A stretch of 64,000 bases of DNA from Octopus vulgaris (taxonomy: Eukaryota): NCBI GenBank assembly GCA_951406725.2, contig OX597820.1:44702001-44766000 (forward strand). The letters run 5' to 3'. The notes beneath the pieces were generated by a model. That model was not told the origin of the DNA, made no database searches, and saw nothing but the letters and a program-made list of their open reading frames with translations. Each line of letters starts with the position of its first letter. Position 1 is the first letter of the stretch. Positions 62,193 to 64,000 of the stretch are shown here, one piece after another. A program made the translations under genes and the position numbers.

Positions 62193-63204
62193 GTTAGTAA
62201 TATTTTGTATATTAGTGGGAGGGGTTATACAGTTTTATGTATGTGCACATGGTAACTAGGGTTTCATATCGAGGTAACTGCAGTTGTCAATAGACAATCG
62301 CAGCTGCTTCAGTAGGAGCCTCTTCATGGTTACTCAGCCTGCTAGAAATGGCAGTAAAATCTCGCTTAAATCATACCACAGTGTTTTTTTTTTTTTAAAC
62401 AAACCCATCATATTAGTCAATACAGTCTTAAATAGATTATGTCTGGTGGGTGAGTTAAGTCTGGAGTATCTTTGATTAAAGGTCTGCCAGATGATAGCTG
62501 ATCTCAAGTTAATCAACAATACAAACATGTAATAGGTTTGTTCTGTAAGAGCTGACCTAGGACCACAGAACAACAAAAAGAACTGCAACACACACACACA
62601 CACACACACACACATACGGTTGTGTGACTAAGAAGTTGACTTTGCAGCCACATGATTTTGGGTTCAATACTAGTGCATGACGCTTTGGGTGAGTGTCTTC
62701 TGTATCCTCAGGTTGACCAGTCTCAGAAACTATTGTGATGAAATTTGGTAGATAGAAATTATATGAAAGTTCATTACGTTTGTGTGTGTGCATTTATCTC
62801 TGTCTTTACAATGACATCACTGAAGCAATGGTGATGTTATGTTCTGCATAAAGAAAATGTCTGGCAGCTTGGTGGGTCATGTGTGAAGAGGTACAGTAAA
62901 ATTCTGGACTTGAAAACAAGAGTTGGTGTCCAGAAAGGCATCTAGCCATAGAATACTGCCTTAAGAAGACCCATCCAATTTCTGCCAGCATGAAAAAAGT
63001 TAGCATAAAAATGATGATGGTGATGATGGTGTCACTGCCAATGACAACAACGTGGTCATGCATGTATAAAATCTTACATTAATTTTTGTATGAAATAAAG
63101 GAAATTTATCTGCAAACATTTATAAGTATGTCTACATTCATCACTATTGTCATCATCAACAACACTACATTATATAGTATTTTGTATATCTTAATGTGTA
63201 TATA

Positions 63205-63571
63205 CGAGGGTGAATCAAAAAGTAATGCCATTTTGTTAAAACAGGTATAATTACCAACACAGGAACATGTATCATACATCAAAATGAAGCTGGTCCTCTG
63301 TGGATCACATCCCTACTTCTCAACATAGTCACTGTTTCTCTCAATAGCAACGTTCCACCTTCGAATGAGAGCATGTATCCCTGCCCTGTAAAATTCTGTT
63401 GACTGTTCTTTGAGCCACTTCTTCACTACAGTTTTCACTTCCTCGTCACTGGAATAATGTCTGCCTCTCAAACTCTCTTTCGTGGCACCGAAGAGATGAT
63501 AGTCTGAAGGCGCTAAATCTGGTAAGTGTGGAGGTAGTGAAGAAGTGGTTCAAACAACAGTCAACAGAATT
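63205..63571 (-). mobile_element. Truncated mariner element: transposase C-terminus and one TIR
   Basis: 63313-63534 reads PPHLPDLAPSDYHLFGATKESLRGRHYSSDEEVKTVVKKWL...FYRAGIHALIRRWNVAIERNSDYVEK*; TA|CGAGGGTGAATCAAAAAGT terminus. Confidence 0.9.
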
Positions 63572-64000
63572 GGAGGAGGTAATGATGAAAAGATTATAGT
63601 GAGACAGATACAAGAGGAAGAGGAAGTACAAGGTTACCCAGCTGGAGAAAGAAAGATTAGGAATGAAGATAGAAACAGGTGTGCTACCGCAAAGAAAATA
63701 CATGGTTGCCCAGCCTGAGACGAGTGCAGGAGAAGGACAGAGAGAGAGAGAGAGAGACTGCAGGAGGGAGATGGTGGTAAAATGCCAGGCATGCTCACAC
63801 GGAACGGGGATCAGAGTATAAATAAGATAGTTGAGTAAAGGAAGAGAGAGATACAGATAGTGGCAAGTGCCAGGGCATACCCTTGAGGTTCAAATGCCAT
63901 AATATAAGTGAGAGGATATTGCAAAGGGAGTGTGAGTAAGTGGCGAAAGACTGCTTGCTATTTTCAAAACCAGTGATTTGTTAATTACTGTTTTTTCTTT

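Overview
AT-rich, microsatellite- and SINE-dense animal genomic DNA. The repeat families and (TA)n/(TAA)n/(GAT)n content suggest an octopus or other coleoid cephalopod (inference). The main feature is a + strand FAM91A1 orthologue. I hand-spliced 18 GT-AG exons between 20089 and 62192 (2348 nt, 782 codons, phase-consistent, no stops). Coding exon 1 could not be found in the window, and the last exon(s) lie beyond 64000. Upstream (576-12632) are minus-strand splice signals that may belong to the 5' end of a second, possibly nested antisense gene. The rest is layered transposon debris: several tRNA-derived SINE families; RTE, CR1, R4/Dong-type and Penelope-type retroelement fragments; mariner, maT, Tc2-like and piggyBac elements; an 8-bp-TSD MITE; a non-autonomous Helitron; and a probable solo LTR. 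Many are nested. Nearly all short ORFs in the supplied track are spurious. I found no convincing new multi-gene system. The best leads are the candidate antisense/nested transcript, a duplicated intronic element with a covarying stem, a perfect 72-bp palindrome, and near-identical inverted repeats that could be ADAR substrates. Family assignments rest on motifs recalled from memory, not on database searches.
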